A DNA stretch of 64,000 nucleotides from positions 23,066,001-23,130,000 of the forward strand of contig CM119371.1 in the NCBI GenBank assembly GCA_051294905.1, in the 5' to 3' direction. The notes beneath the pieces are model-generated. The model did no database searches. It worked only from the letters and a program-made list of their open reading frames with translations, and was not told the origin of the DNA. The position numbers were made by a program, and so were the translations under genes. This document shows positions 24,348 through 36,986 of the stretch, one piece after another. The DNA is from Botryllus schlosseri. Taxonomy: Eukaryota. Each line of letters begins with the position of its first letter. Within the stretch, counting starts at the first letter, position 1.

Positions 24348-25477
24348 CGTTCTCGATGTAACGAGTGTAATATCCATCATCATCCTGATACCTGGTATGC
24401 TCGAGGTACTTTCCTATCGTCCCGCTGTTTAAAAATAAGACGGTTCTTGTAAATTAAAATCAACAAAAAACCAACAATGAGCGTACTTCAACTTCTTGGG
24501 TTAATATCGACGTGGAAGAATTTTAAATAGTGCACAATGAGGAGAACCAGCACAACGAACACGCTCATACCACACAATGACTTCAAATTTCTATCTCCTG
24601 CATGTAGCGTAATTAGAGGGGAGATTGTCATATTACTTGTTATAATATACTGTTACTAAATCAGTGTATCCAATCGGCCCGTGATATTGTAGCTTGACTG
24701 TGGCGCATGCCCGATTCATAGCGTCGCTGTCCAATGTTCTCACAGTTACGTACCAGGTATGATTGAGCTGAAATAGGTGAAATACTGAATCACCGGCCCT
24801 CGTTGACTTCACCAATATAAATCTTTGCAGGTAGTCTTCACCCATTGTGGGTGGGATCAGCAATACCAGATAAGCACATTATATCACCGAATAACTATAG
24901 TCCGTGCATGAGACAATAGGATCATGGTGTGACATAGAATTCACCTACTAGTTCGTCTTAATTACTGGTCTATTCTATGTTTGCTTTTCATACATGCATT
25001 AACATCTTGTATCTACCGGAAATGCGATTCCAAGTCGTTTCCAGCCTTTCCTATCGCTTCATAGTTTAGCAATTATGTGGTGATTTAATGCATGAATCAT
25101 ATTTATACACAAATCAGAACCACAGATCATCAATCAAAACTATAGTTTTCACTATATGGGATCAATTTGATCAACATAAATATTTTTAATGCAACGTTCC
25201 CACACAGGAATTCGAGGTCAGCTACATGGAACCTGCAAATTCTAGTCCAATCATGGCCATTGTGGCCTGGTCTGTCCAGACAACAGCCTCTTAAACTCAT
25301 CTAATCTTCATAGGTTAGCACACCGCTAGCTATAGGCTAGCAAACACAGAAAATGATTACCTTCGCTGGAGAAAATGCCCTTGCGGAAAATGGTTTGGGC
25401 AACGGTGCGCTCATATCACACCCGATGCTTTCGCAGCTTGCAAACAAAGCCACGCAGACGGTAAGTATCAGCAACAT
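24348..25477 (-). CDS. Lipocalin-like secreted protein, copy 1 (exons 1-3 only visible)
   Basis: Exons 25361-25477 (MLLILTVCVALFASCESIGCDMSAPLPKPFSARAFSPAK), 24637-24767 (LNHTWYVTVRTLDSDAMNRACATVKLQ..) and 24348-24424 (GTIGKYLEHTRYQDDDGYYTRYIEN). Canonical GT-AG sites, intron phases 0,2,1. TATA-like sequence near 25545. Confidence 0.8.
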
Positions 25478-27181
25478 CTTTATTATCGACGTCGATATAA
25501 ATGAACGAATCCTATGCGTTGGCCGCCTCTTCAGTGGCCAGATCTATATACGCAATAGCAACCCCTGCACTATCCCTTGAAACGACTACAACCAAGCGTG
25601 ATTTCCTTAACGGCGTGACTTGATTACACGAATACTATTCCCACACTAGATTTGCTTTACACAGGATATGTTTGAAATCATGAAACCTTTTTGTGAAGCA
25701 TGACACCCACCCGCAGATATCGTGTCACCGTGCACCACATTCGTCAGGAGTGTTGACATAGTTTTTTGTAGTGCTCCCGCTGACCTCTGATGGCACGATA
25801 AAAGTATTAGAACACAGTTAAAATATCGTGAAGAAATATAATGAAAATTGTCCTACTCAGATGACCCCGCGTGTATCCGTGGTTACCATACTATCAATTG
25901 CATATGCCGAATACCGTTACGAGGTTATCATGCATGAAAACCGTCGAGTCGTTATTTTTTATACATCCTATTCTTACTCCGGTGATTTGGTCGTAAAACG
26001 TCAGTGATGAGAATGTAAATAATACCTGTGATGTAACAGTGAGCATTAGATTTCTCAAACCCGATGTTTCAAATGTGAATATACTGGTACATTGCACTCT
26101 TACTTGCCCAGACGCGTTCAGTAAAAGTAACAAGATAATATATTGTCCTTTTACAAATAAATGATTCTATATCGGATCGCTATTAATTTAAATTCTTGCA
26201 ATCGTCATGTTCATTTACGATTGTAAATCAAGATTACCCCACGTCTGTCGGACATGTATGACAATCATCAAACTTGTTCAAGAAGATGCCGTCATACGGA
26301 CGTCAACTATAAACGAGTTTGTTGGAGGCGTGTCATATAAAAAGAGTTTCCTGCAGGCATAATGGAGTTGGCATTCATAACTTTTTTTATATTAATTTGT
26401 CATACATCAAAATTGATCATTTCGTTTCTCTAAGCTATACGATCTTTATGGGGAAAAGTTGTGGAAGGCTTTGCGTATTTACTACTGTCGAAAGAACTAC
26501 GAAGTTCGTGACTTCTAACCGACAGACGAAGACGTGCCCGTCAGCAAGTCATATGTTCTTGGCTGATGGGCGTTTCGTGATAGATTCGGGTGATTGAATA
26601 CACTCCATGTGCCTTGTGCAGTGAATCAATACTTATACCGGATACGATATTATTGATATATTTATATTTTTCTGAAATTATTAATGATATAATCATTACA
26701 TTCAGAAGGTATTCGGGTATCATACAGGAAATATTATTTTACTTAGTATACCGATTGTCGTGTTCGTCGTATTCACAGTAAATCCACACATATTGTTAAT
26801 TTTCGGATTGGTGCAAATAAGCCGATGTCGAAATTGAGATTACTTTTGCAAGACCGCGAATTCAGAGAGTGTTTCATTTGTCGATTATGACGGAACAAAT
26901 CGTGTACATTGACAAATTACCCAGATTTTTTCGTTATGCGAATTCAGTATCCAAAACAGCAATTTAAACGTATCAGTATCATGTCCATGCTAATAATACG
27001 TGCGACCAAGCATGTGTAATTTCTATATATATATCGACCGCGTGTGTTGATGTATCCACTGTCCAGTGTAGCTTATGCGTCGGAAGAAGTCGAGGTGTTC
27101 TTCTTGAAATCAGCAGTAAATTATGTGTAATATTAACTGTGTTCGTTTTGCAGGGTTAATATAAATATTACATACCTGAAA

Positions 27182-28410
27182 ATGATACGTCAAGGACTGA
27201 TGTTGATGTGTTTATTTCTGGTGATAGCATTACCGATGATAACAGGTAAAATCAATCGTAGGAAATGTTGGTATTACTCATTTCATGACCATTTTCAATT
27301 ATGAACGTTATTATTAAGATTCAAGGTGTAGGTGTCACGAACTGATATTTGGTGTATAGGCCACACGCAAGCATGATATCCCTACTCATGAGACTAATTT
27401 ATTTATGGTAGGGTTACCATACGTACTCTTTTAAGAGGATTTGTTCTCTTTTAGACTTTTTAGAAAGTGACCTCGGAGGACGCCCAAATGTCCCATTTTT
27501 TGAGAATTTGTCCTCTTTTCTGAAAATTTCGGGTAAATGTGTATGAAAATTGGACTGAGATATAGGAAATTAGCACTCAATTAACGGTCCGGTGGGTATT
27601 TCGGGAGTTGAAATAGAAAGACAACTTTTTCTTTTTTTGTCAACACCACAATATTCAATTAAAAATTGGTGGAATTGGGCGTCGAATGAAAGTGATGACC
27701 ATATTTTTTTGTCAACTAACTACAGACTCGAATAAATTTACCAATTTGTGCGGATTTTACTCCGGTAATGTAAGTCTGGAAATTTTGACAAAGTGTCATC
27801 CTTTCAGTTTTTAAAAATATGGTCACCTTAGTTATGATGTTCATCCGGTGTGGTAGGAAATATGTCATATTACCGCCGACTGGGGTAATTTTTAGTAGTT
27901 TCCAAATCCCCCCTACCGTTTGTTCCATTGTGCCCCGCCTATGGTGCGCAATGGGACAAGCGTTAGGAGAGATTTGGAAATTCGGCATTTGTGATTTCGA
28001 AATACATTTATGTCTAAAATTGTATTTTTTAACCCATTGTGCCACACCTTTCCATGAACTCCTTACCTCACCTTGTCGTTTTTCTTCAGCATCCCTGTCC
28101 GAATTCAATCCTGAAATCTTCAATGGCTCACAAGAAAGACCAAACACAGGTTTGTATTCAACCATGCGCTGTCGGTATCGAGATAAAAGAAAAACATTCC
28201 CTGCATGTGCGATAACCGAAGTTTATAACCTGTAATGAAGCAATATAAATGTATTTACTAGTACTGCATCGATACAAATTTTAGTATAGTTCCCGACCTA
28301 ATTTCATCACTTCCGCCCCATTTGCCATTTCAGAACAATCCAGTTCTTCTCATATTACTATAACAAAAAAGGCTGTTCTAAATCATAGAAATTCAGGCGT
28401 TTTAATGTAA
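27182..28410 (+). CDS. Putative small secreted protein, spliced, family unknown
   Basis: Exon 27182-27245 MIRQGLMLMCLFLVIALPMIT (signal-peptide-like) followed by gtaaaa. Exon 28090-28149 ASLSEFNPEIFNGSQERPNT. Exon from 28334 EQSSSSHITITKK. Intron phases are compatible (1,1), but the 3' end is uncertain. Confidence 0.45.
27409..27830. mobile_element. TAGGGTTACCA MITE
   Basis: tagggttaccata..tatggtcacctta terminal inverted repeats. Homologous to 22583 and 33537. Confidence 0.8.
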
Positions 28411-29165
28411 ATGGTTTCACGACAATTGCTAGCCAATGTTAGTAATTCGACCTTTATTCCAATCGTTATTAAACAGTGTAATTATCAAACATTCATACAC
28501 AGCACCAGTCAAACCGTGCTACGGCTTGTTTGGCAATGAAGAGGACAGCGTTGATACTTCAATGTTGAGCGATATTACGAGGTGTAACTGTAAATAATAT
28601 TCCCTGATAATCCAAGTCAGTAGATATGACAGCATTGGATATTTTGACATGCGACATGTGATTTATAGATAAGTAGAGGAGTGTTAGGGATAAAACTAAT
28701 GCTGCGCAAAATCCAGTATACCTGAGTGATACGATAAATGAGCATTAGGCTTGAAGCCTGCCGAGTACAGTATTCGATTATCGCCCATGGTAACGTGATG
28801 CAAGTAGGACTTACGTGGAAAGCTCGTATATTTTACCTTGATGCGTCCGCCAAGAAAACAGTGGCGATTCTACAAGGCAATAAATATAATTGAGGTTTTC
28901 TTTCGACTATACCCATTTCAATACACTTTGTTTCATCGCTGTGGGTTGATAACTACTTCACATAATGTTATTTCCATGTACGTGCTCAACATTTATTCTG
29001 GATGCGGTGAAACGCTCAACCTAGGCCTCAATTCCGTCACTGTGGGAGATAAATATCTGAGCTATAATTCGTGACGATACCGTAAGTCATCGTGGAGAGG
29101 ATCGTAAAAATTAAGTACCTAGGCCTACACTCGACTTGCATCATTGCAATTACTATTCTCTATTC

Positions 29166-30616
29166 CAGAGGCGGGCAACTTTTCCAGCCGGCAGGCCGGA
29201 TATAGGAAAATTAGGTACTTGGTGGGCATATACAAGAAATAAATCGTATTTAATGAATGTATGTAAACGACAGCAATGTCACTTCAAAGCCATTTCTCGC
29301 CGATAATGACGAAGGCAATGGGGATTTGAGAACAGCATTGTGACACAGGCGCCTTTATGTCCGCTTCTCTCTGATCAATTAACACATGGTGCAATCCTTG
29401 ATTAAGATTTCAATGAGTTCGATAAGCCCATATTTACCAAGACATCAATTCATTAGAGTTGAGTACAGCGCAAATACGATAATGCAAGTCTCTCGCCGCG
29501 ACAAACTTACGCGTAAGCTCCACTCTCGTACGCTGCCCACTAACGTATCTAATAACAAACAGTCAGAAACGTAACAGTACTTCGACAGCCCCTCCCCCCA
29601 AAACGTTGATATTGCCCCCCCCCTCCATAAACGCTTACCGAGCAAAGCGTGCAAAAATATCTGTAATTCATGATAGAATCGGTCAATATGATCAGGAATT
29701 GCATATATATTGCTATCATTTTTTATCCTCTTTATGTTCACGTAATCATATTTACCGGTAATAGAGCTGAGGGAGGTGTCTTTGAAAATGTAGGGCCCCT
29801 AAATAACAATTAAACATCTTCATACGGACCCGTTGGTATAACGACTTCGTTACATGATACTATTACGTGACCTCTGCTATGTCAAAATATATTGAAATCG
29901 CCCAAACTTACTTAACTAAATGACGCACACGATTTGAAACAGATATTTCTTTAATGGCTAATATAATTTTTCCCTGCTGTATGGCATTTGTCTTGTGGTG
30001 TTCAGAGCGCCAGGACAAGAACATTCGGCGCCAGCCATTTAGGCGCCAATGGACATTAAAACATCTATTTTATAATTGTATATATATATCGAAGTTTCGG
30101 TCTGCACGAGGACAGTCCTTTTTCGGCCAACGTCTTCTCGGTGCTCGGTGCCTAGCACACTTCTCGGAGTCGCATGTTGCAGCATGGCCTATAACTTCAT
30201 ATGTCTTGGTGCGTCGTGGCGCGGTAATGGCCAACACCAAAGTGCCCATTTCGATAAATCCTGCGTATTTTTTTGTGAGGGGGGGGGGGAGGGTACCCAA
30301 TAATGAAGGTATTTGTCAACATTAAATCGTGCGCAGGGCGAAAGAAATTTGAAAATTTGCATAAATTTCTAAAAAAATACTTCATAATTCTTTTAAATTC
30401 GCGAAATAATTTTGGCCCTCTTCGAGCTCGGCTCCCCCAATTCCGGGGTTTGGGTGCGGCAGTTTCGGTCTTGCATACAATCACTAAAATTTGACGTTTA
30501 AGCTAGAAGTGGTGAATATCGACAGACTGGGGCCGCGGGCCACATTATCATGTAAGATGGGAAACTGTCCGCGGGCCGGACAAAATCCCGTCGCGGGCCG
30601 TATGTTCCCGCCCCTG
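29166..30616. mobile_element. hAT-type non-autonomous element
   Basis: CAGAGGCGGGCAAC..GTTCCCGCCCCTG termini with a perfect 8-bp TSD ctctattc. Internal 29955-30470 is homologous to 21960-22480. Confidence 0.9.
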
Positions 30617-31692
30617 CTCTATTCAGATTCCAGTGTTCGTATTATCATGCTCACCTCCTATAATATTGTACAATGGATATGTTATTATATCGGCTAGAAA
30701 ACACCATTCCAGGTGGTACTTACGGATGAAGCATTCCAGGAAATGGTGTGATCCAAAATATTCCATTTCATTGACACTGTCGCGTTATTTTTAAGGTAAA
30801 TCGGGACGCGGGAGAAACAAAGGCTCACGTGGCTTTCCAGGCCCCTAGGCCACCGCTGAAGAAAGAAATCCATGCATGCCGATCACACATTGTATAGGAT
30901 ATATGATTAGCTCTGTTTATAAGTCAACATGTTAACATGATACGATATCTGATCATCAATATTGCTGTAACATTTGTGACTATATATAGCGCATAGTAAA
31001 AGATCAGCGATTTGATGATTTCAATTTGCGGCAGGCCTACCCAATTCGTTTTGGAACAGCGTTTCATTGTTGGTGACATGACAGGGAACGGCGCGACAAG
31101 CTCCATGCATGTATATGCAATATGCATCGATTAAAAATTTACAGCATTGATGGGTAATTTGAGAATGGGTTTACGTCTTCACACGAGCCAGAGACTTTCC
31201 GGCGACTATATACCCCAGGGTGTACAATAGGGCTGTTCAAAAATAACTTATATTTCTGGATTCCAATTATTCAGTTATTAAATTGTCAGGTTACCCTAAA
31301 AAACGATGCACACCAAATTGGGTTCAATTCTAACAAGTATAGGGCTCCGCAGATCCAATTAAAATTTTTAAGTTAAACAGAAAAATTGAAGAAAAAAATT
31401 CAAACTTTTCTGCCAACCCCGTGAAATTGTTGAGCCGTCTTCAGAGACGATGTAAAACAATTTTTTGTCAATTCCAACCAGTAGAAACGGTGTTATTGGA
31501 GTTTTTCATTGATAATCCTCGGATTATCCACCAATCAAGGATAATCATAGAATTATCAACGAAAAACGCCCAGTCGAACCGGTGTCGGACTAAATAATTG
31601 AAAACCAGGATTAGAAACAGGACCTGAGAATTTGTCGATCCGCACCGCAATATTAAGATTAAACGATGTATATAAATCTGCAGCGCATATGG

Positions 31693-33122
31693 CAGTGGCC
31701 GGGAACCTAGGGCTCGCGAGCCATATATGGCTCTTTTGGGCATAAGATATGGCTCTTTTCGAAATTTTTGTTTTTGTGCTTAATTTATCAAAACTGCAGC
31801 AACTTGTTATTAAATCTTCAGCACCACCAGTATAATCATTCTTGTGGTAGTATAAACAATTAAACATGTCTTTGAGAGGTTTATACAGTTGTGTATTCAA
31901 GGTTAGGGTCTCGGACCCCTTTTTCAAAATCCTCAAATTTATGCTGCTGTACCGCCGGAGACCAATATCACTCCGGATTTCGATATACCCGCCACGAAAT
32001 CTTTGATTGCACGATACGTTGATTGATCAAAGAGACTATGGGAGACATGGCGGCGCCTGTATCACAATGCAGTTTTCAATTACACATTTTCTTCCTGATC
32101 TACGGCGAGAAATGAACTGTCGTGGGTTGAAGTGACAGTCACAATTACAAATTCAAATTGCAAACAACGCCATATAGCTATCCACGTTATTGATTGATAA
32201 CGTAGCTTTGTAGTCGCTGTTAAAATGTGGGCATGTGGCGCAACGTTATGTTGCCGCCGAATACTTTGAGAATTGAGAAATTGAATCGGAATCAGTGCGA
32301 CAATTACATCCGATTCATATCAGCTATTAGGAATTGTAAGATATTTACGACGAATTGCGCTATCACAGGTAAGGCATGGCCCGGCCGTGCCTCACATATG
32401 CCTTACCTCTCCTTTCGCGCTTTATTTTCGAACAATTTGGTAGTGAAAATGTTCAAAATCTAGTAGACAGGTGAGGCGCTGCCTCACTTGCATCCCCTGA
32501 CCCCACGTCACTGACACATCACACATTACAGTGGGTATGTATACTGCTGTATAGTGACCATGTTGGCTCTGCCTACGTATGTCATCACGGGTACTCGCAT
32601 TTAAGAGAAGCATCAAGACGAACCTACGATCTCGTATAACTGACGAAAGTCTCAAATGTTGCATGAACAACAATTATCAACCAGACTACAAAGCCATCAG
32701 GAATACCATGCAACACCGAAAGATGCATTACCTGTAAAAAGCCTGTAAAAAGTATAGGCTATTCATACTTTTACTGTTGTCTATGTCTGTTGTAATTGTC
32801 TTGAGCTTCGAAATATATCACAGGCCACTCAATTCAATGCACTTAAAAATTTATAACTTGCAAAAGATCTCTGTAACTCAAGTTTCGCATACTCGTTACT
32901 CAAATAAGACGATCAGCATGATTAGTACGAATTTTTACCGAGGAAATAGGTGCAATTGCAAACGACGAATCACATGTAGTGATTTCGAAATTGTGCTACC
33001 ACGAAGTCACGATTTTTCAATTGTGATGTAATAGTTGATTGACATGTATGGCTCTTCAGGAGTTAAAATCGAAAATATAGGGTCAATATGGCTCTTCGGA
33101 CGAAAAAGGTTCCCGACCACTG
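31693..33122 (+). mobile_element. hAT-type non-autonomous element (same family as 41527-42934)
   Basis: CAGTGGCCGGGAACC..GGTTCCCGACCACTG. TSD gcatatgg/acatatag (6/8). Aligns along its length with 41527-42934 in inverted orientation. Confidence 0.88.
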
Positions 33123-33194
33123 ACATATAGGAACATACACTCACAGCGAAAAGAGTGGGTATACACACCCCAAAAGGGAGACGGGGTTAAACCC

Positions 33195-33515
33195 GCTAGA
33201 CGCCAACCCGCCACACGCCACCCTGCGGCTGAGTCTCTACGTGGCGTCTGGCGCCTGAACGTGTTGAAACGCAGACTGGCGGCTGAATCGCTACATGGCG
33301 TCTGGCGTGTGAGCGTGTTGAAACGCAGACTGGCGGCTGAATTGCTACATGGCGTCTGGCGTGTGATCGGCTTGAAACGCATACTGGCGGATGAAGAGCT
33401 ATATGGCGACTGGCGTCCAACATTTTAGGACACCGTACTGCGACATGGCGTTCGGCGTCTGGCAATTTTGAAACGCTGTGCCGTGTGTAGGTAGCCAGTT
33501 GCATAGCGTCTGGTG
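33195..33515. repeat. Tandem repeat with unit of about 54 bp (GGCGTCTGGCG core)
   Basis: ctacatggcgtctggcgtgtgagcgtgttgaaacgcagactggcggctgaat repeated about 4 times, then decaying. Confidence 0.85.
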
Positions 33516-33536
33516 TGTAGGATATGATTTATAGGC

Positions 33537-33890
33537 TAGGGTTACCACACGTCCTCTTTTAAGAGGATTTGTCCTCTTTTTTTGACTTTTTTGAAAGTGT
33601 CCTCGGAGGACGCCCTTTTGTCCTCTTTTTTGAGATTTTGTCCTCTTTTTAGAAAATTTAGGTCACATTTAGAGCAAAATGCGAGTGATATGCCAGCACA
33701 GAAGTGACGCTCCGGCGGGTATTTCGGAGTGAAAAACTGTGATTTGAGCTCTGAGCGAAAAGTTGACCTTTTTTTTTTAGTCAATTGATCACAAAGTGGG
33801 AAAAATTCACCGAATTCTTCTCCGGTTTTGCTAGTTTCAAATTTCTGAAAAAGTGTCCTCTTTTTAGATTTCCAAAATATGGTAAGCCTA
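33537..33890. mobile_element. TAGGGTTACCA MITE
   Basis: tagggttaccac..tatggtaagccta; third copy of the family. Confidence 0.8.
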
Positions 33891-34358
33891 GGCAAAGTTA
33901 CTCATCGAGATGGAAAGGAGTGCTGGTGGATCAAAGTGATTTATCGCTGCATTGTTATCTTCCTCGATGGAGGAATAATGTCTGGTACCGTAGTGTCCTA
34001 TATGGTGTTTATATAGCTCAGTGGTTTCGACACAAGCAAATCTAATGGCTCAATGAAATCGGTCTACGTCATACTTTAGTCACATTTAGTCAAAGGCAAA
34101 TAGACGGCGATTTTTTACTGGCTTGCCGACCATTCAATTTGATGAAACGGGTATCAATTGAATGCTGACGCTGTACTGACTACGAAAATATAAATTATAT
34201 TTCGTTCGTTGCCCTGGAACCCCCATAATAAGCCTCGAATTTTTCATTGTTATGGAGAGTGACATAGTGACGCAACAATGCTGTCTGGCGAAACGAGATC
34301 GACTCTATGCTGCTACAGTTATTTGTTGGGTTGCTGGATGAGTTTCCTTGTGGCAGAA

Positions 34359-35772
34359 ATGACTTTAGCTGAGGACTTTACGCAGCTTATTAAAATCGTT
34401 ACAGTTGAAGAAAATAGTTGCAGTCTATGCGACATCAGTTTTGAAACTGTGCAAAAGCTACATGATCATATTGAGGTAGTACACTGGGCTAACCGTGTAG
34501 AACATACCGTCCGCCCTGATTTACAAGGTTTGTCGAGATTTTGTTTTATAGTCTACTTGCATACCGTCCTTCGCACTTCTTAGAACTAGCCTTTTTATTC
34601 ATAATCGCATGACGTAGCTAGCTAGCGACGTAGTTACGTAGATTATACCAGACGCAAGACGTCGGCACGTACAAATTGGACGCAGCCCGTGGCGTCTGCA
34701 TAGTTGATATATCCGACGCCAAGCGTCGAGATATACAAATTAGATGCACCCGTGGCGTCTGGATAGTTGATATACCAGACGCAAAGCGTCGGAATGTACA
34801 AATCAGATGCATCCTGTGGAATCTCGATAGAGGATAGACGATATACGCATATACATACACACTCGAAATAGCGACAATCGACATGCACAAATTAGACGCA
34901 GCCCATGGCGTCTGCATAGTTGATATATCCGACGCCAAGCGTCGACATATACAAGCTAGATGCACCCCGTGGCATCCACTGCAGCAGACGGCAAACGCTA
35001 AAATATCAATTTATTCAATACTCAGTTTGAAATTCTTCTTCTTAATATAATTTTAATTGTATTTGCAGCATGCCTGGGTGAAATACTAAATTTAGGGGTA
35101 TCCTTTGCCCTCTCAATTTCCGAGTTTTGCATTGTAATATATATTTATACAGGTATATAGAATGACATTGTAACATGTGTATAATGTTGATAATATCAAT
35201 AAAACTGATTGATTGATTGATTATATATTGTATATGGAATTGTCAAACAAAACAAGTTTTGTCTGTCGATATTGCTGTAATATTGTAGGAATGCTGGGGA
35301 CAAGTTGTAGGTTTCTGAACCAACTTCTCATTGATCATACATGTTTCCGGCGTTTTCGAGGCTACAAAGTACCATGTCGATTGAAGTGTATGCAACGCGT
35401 GGCCAAGCACAGAAGTCACTATCACTGCCCCATCTGCGCTAAACTTCTTGGGCGGCGTGGATTATTTCAGTATCATTTAACTAATGTGTGTGGCAATCCG
35501 CCACCGCGCAAGAAGAGCAAGACTCCTAATTTCAATGTGCCGGCGGAGAGCAAAAGTAAAAAGCAATGCAAAGAATGCCAGAAGACATTTCCAGATCTCA
35601 TTGCTTGACTAGACATTGGCGAGATGCCCACAAACTTCCCGCAACCCTTCCTGCAGTCTGCATCGACCCAACCAATGGTGTTTTTATGGTTTCTCAGGGA
35701 TCTTCAGGCTCTGCTGCTCCATTACATGTCACAAAACATGACAGACGAATCACCGCCACAGCCTATACCTGA
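34359..35772 (+). pseudogene. Zinc-finger N-terminus of a Zisupton/HMGXB3-like transposon protein, truncated
   Basis: Exon 34359-34527 has a C2H2 finger (CSLC..HIEVVH). A phase-1 intron runs to 35361, then GYKVPCRLKC..RSHYHCPIC..FQYHLTNVC and CKECQKTF, and after a frameshift LTRHWRDAH..AVCIDPTNGVFMVSQGSSG..PLHVTK. Family call is from motif recognition only. Confidence 0.6.
34645..34995. repeat. Tandem repeat with unit of about 62 bp (CCCGTGGCGTCTG core) inside the zinc-finger gene intron
   Basis: tacaaattagatgcacccgtggcgtctggatagttgatataccagacgc repeated about 5 times with decay. Confidence 0.8.
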
Positions 35773-35784
35773 AATTACGACTTG

Positions 35785-36065
35785 ACACCGGTTGAGCGAT
35801 TCATATACCGAAAAGGGTTACTGGTCGAGAGATGGCTATACTAGCACCGGTTGAGTGATCCCTATACCGAAAAGGGTTACCGGTCGAGAGATGGCTATAC
35901 TAGCACCGGTTGAGAGATGCCTATACCGAAAAGGGTCACCGGTTCAAGACGAGTTTCGAGGCACAGGTCGAGAGATCCCTATACTCATAAGGCACCGGTC
36001 GGGTGGAAGGGGGGTCTGAAAAGGTCACCGGTTCAGGCCGAGTTTTCGCGGCACCGATCGGGTGC
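35785..36065. repeat. Tandem array of CACCGGT-containing units (period about 59 bp), probable transposon subterminal repeat
   Basis: caccggttgag..tataccgaaaagggttaccggtcgagagatggctatactag occurs 2.5 times, followed by shorter accggt units. Confidence 0.75.
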
Positions 36066-36099
36066 ACCCATAAGACACAATAGCCGTTCGCGAGCGATC

Positions 36100-36800
36100 T
36101 ACTATACTACTTGCGTCTTCGTTTTAACAAGGATCTGCTACATTTCTTTCTGGCTTAGTTCTTGTATATCTTGTGATTGGCTTTTAATTACGTCGAAGAT
36201 TTTCTTTTCCTTCTTCCATTCCTCCGTCAATGTATTTCTGTGAGGGTGGAGGTTGTTGTATAAATTGCAATTTATATCTCTCACCTTCGCTGTTAGATTG
36301 TATATCGCTTCTGCATGCCAGATATCGATCGGGTGCTCGAGTCGACTGAGTTGTAGTCTTTTTGCTCACTTCGCTTGTGTTGCAGATTCGATATCTGGCA
36401 TATCAATTCCTCCTTCTGGCTTAGGTCTGATAAGTTGCATTCTGCTTTTTTGCTCAAGTTTCTCAGGACTCCACAGTAGGCCGAAGACGAGACGTTCGAG
36501 TTGCTTGAGCTTGTCACCTGGAATTTGCTTGTTCGCATATGTATAAGTTATTTTGCTAATTATGTATGCCTTAATCGCCGTTATTTTACCAATCCAAGAA
36601 AGCCGTTCTGATTTAATATGCCTTACGCTTTTCTCGACTCCTTGTCAGAGTCTGTCAAAGTTCATTTGCAGTTCGCTTTCTCCGTGGTATAAGCCCAGTA
36701 TCTTAATTACTGGCTTTAGCATATGTGCGTGCTCAGTTTTTTGCAGTCTGATACGTGATTTTTCGTTCAGCGGTAGGATTTCCGTCTTGTCTGGGTTGAT
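36100..36800 (-). mobile_element. Tx1/L1-clade LINE ORF2 fragment (post-RT region)
   Basis: INPDKTEI..VIKILG..LSWIGKITAIKAYIISKITY..FGLLW..LIRPKPEGGIDMPD, with in-frame stops. Confidence 0.8.
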
Positions 36801-36880
36801 ATCTTGACCTGTCACTCTATGCAAGCTTTGATATTCGTTATCTTGACCTGTCACTCTATGCAAGCTTCGATATTCGTTAA
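36800..36880. repeat. 39-bp tandem duplication at the LINE fragment junction
   Basis: atcttgacctgtcactctatgcaagctt(t/c)gatattcgtt occurs twice. Confidence 0.9.
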
Positions 36881-36986
36881 TTTGCTCCAGTGCCAATTTA
36901 TTTATGCCTGGACTAGGTGGGATACAGTTTCTGTGAACAATAGAAGTATGCAATTCTCTATATAATATGATGATCTGCTTTTTTAT

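Noticed and set aside
27716..28235. 149-aa and 138-aa ORFs as genes
   Set aside because: They overlap a MITE end and intron-like sequence. Only the 60-nt segment 28090-28149 looks exonic.
33195..36065. Tandem arrays as CRISPR-like repeat-spacer systems
   Set aside because: Whole units are repeated with no unique spacers, there are no cas genes, and the context is eukaryotic.
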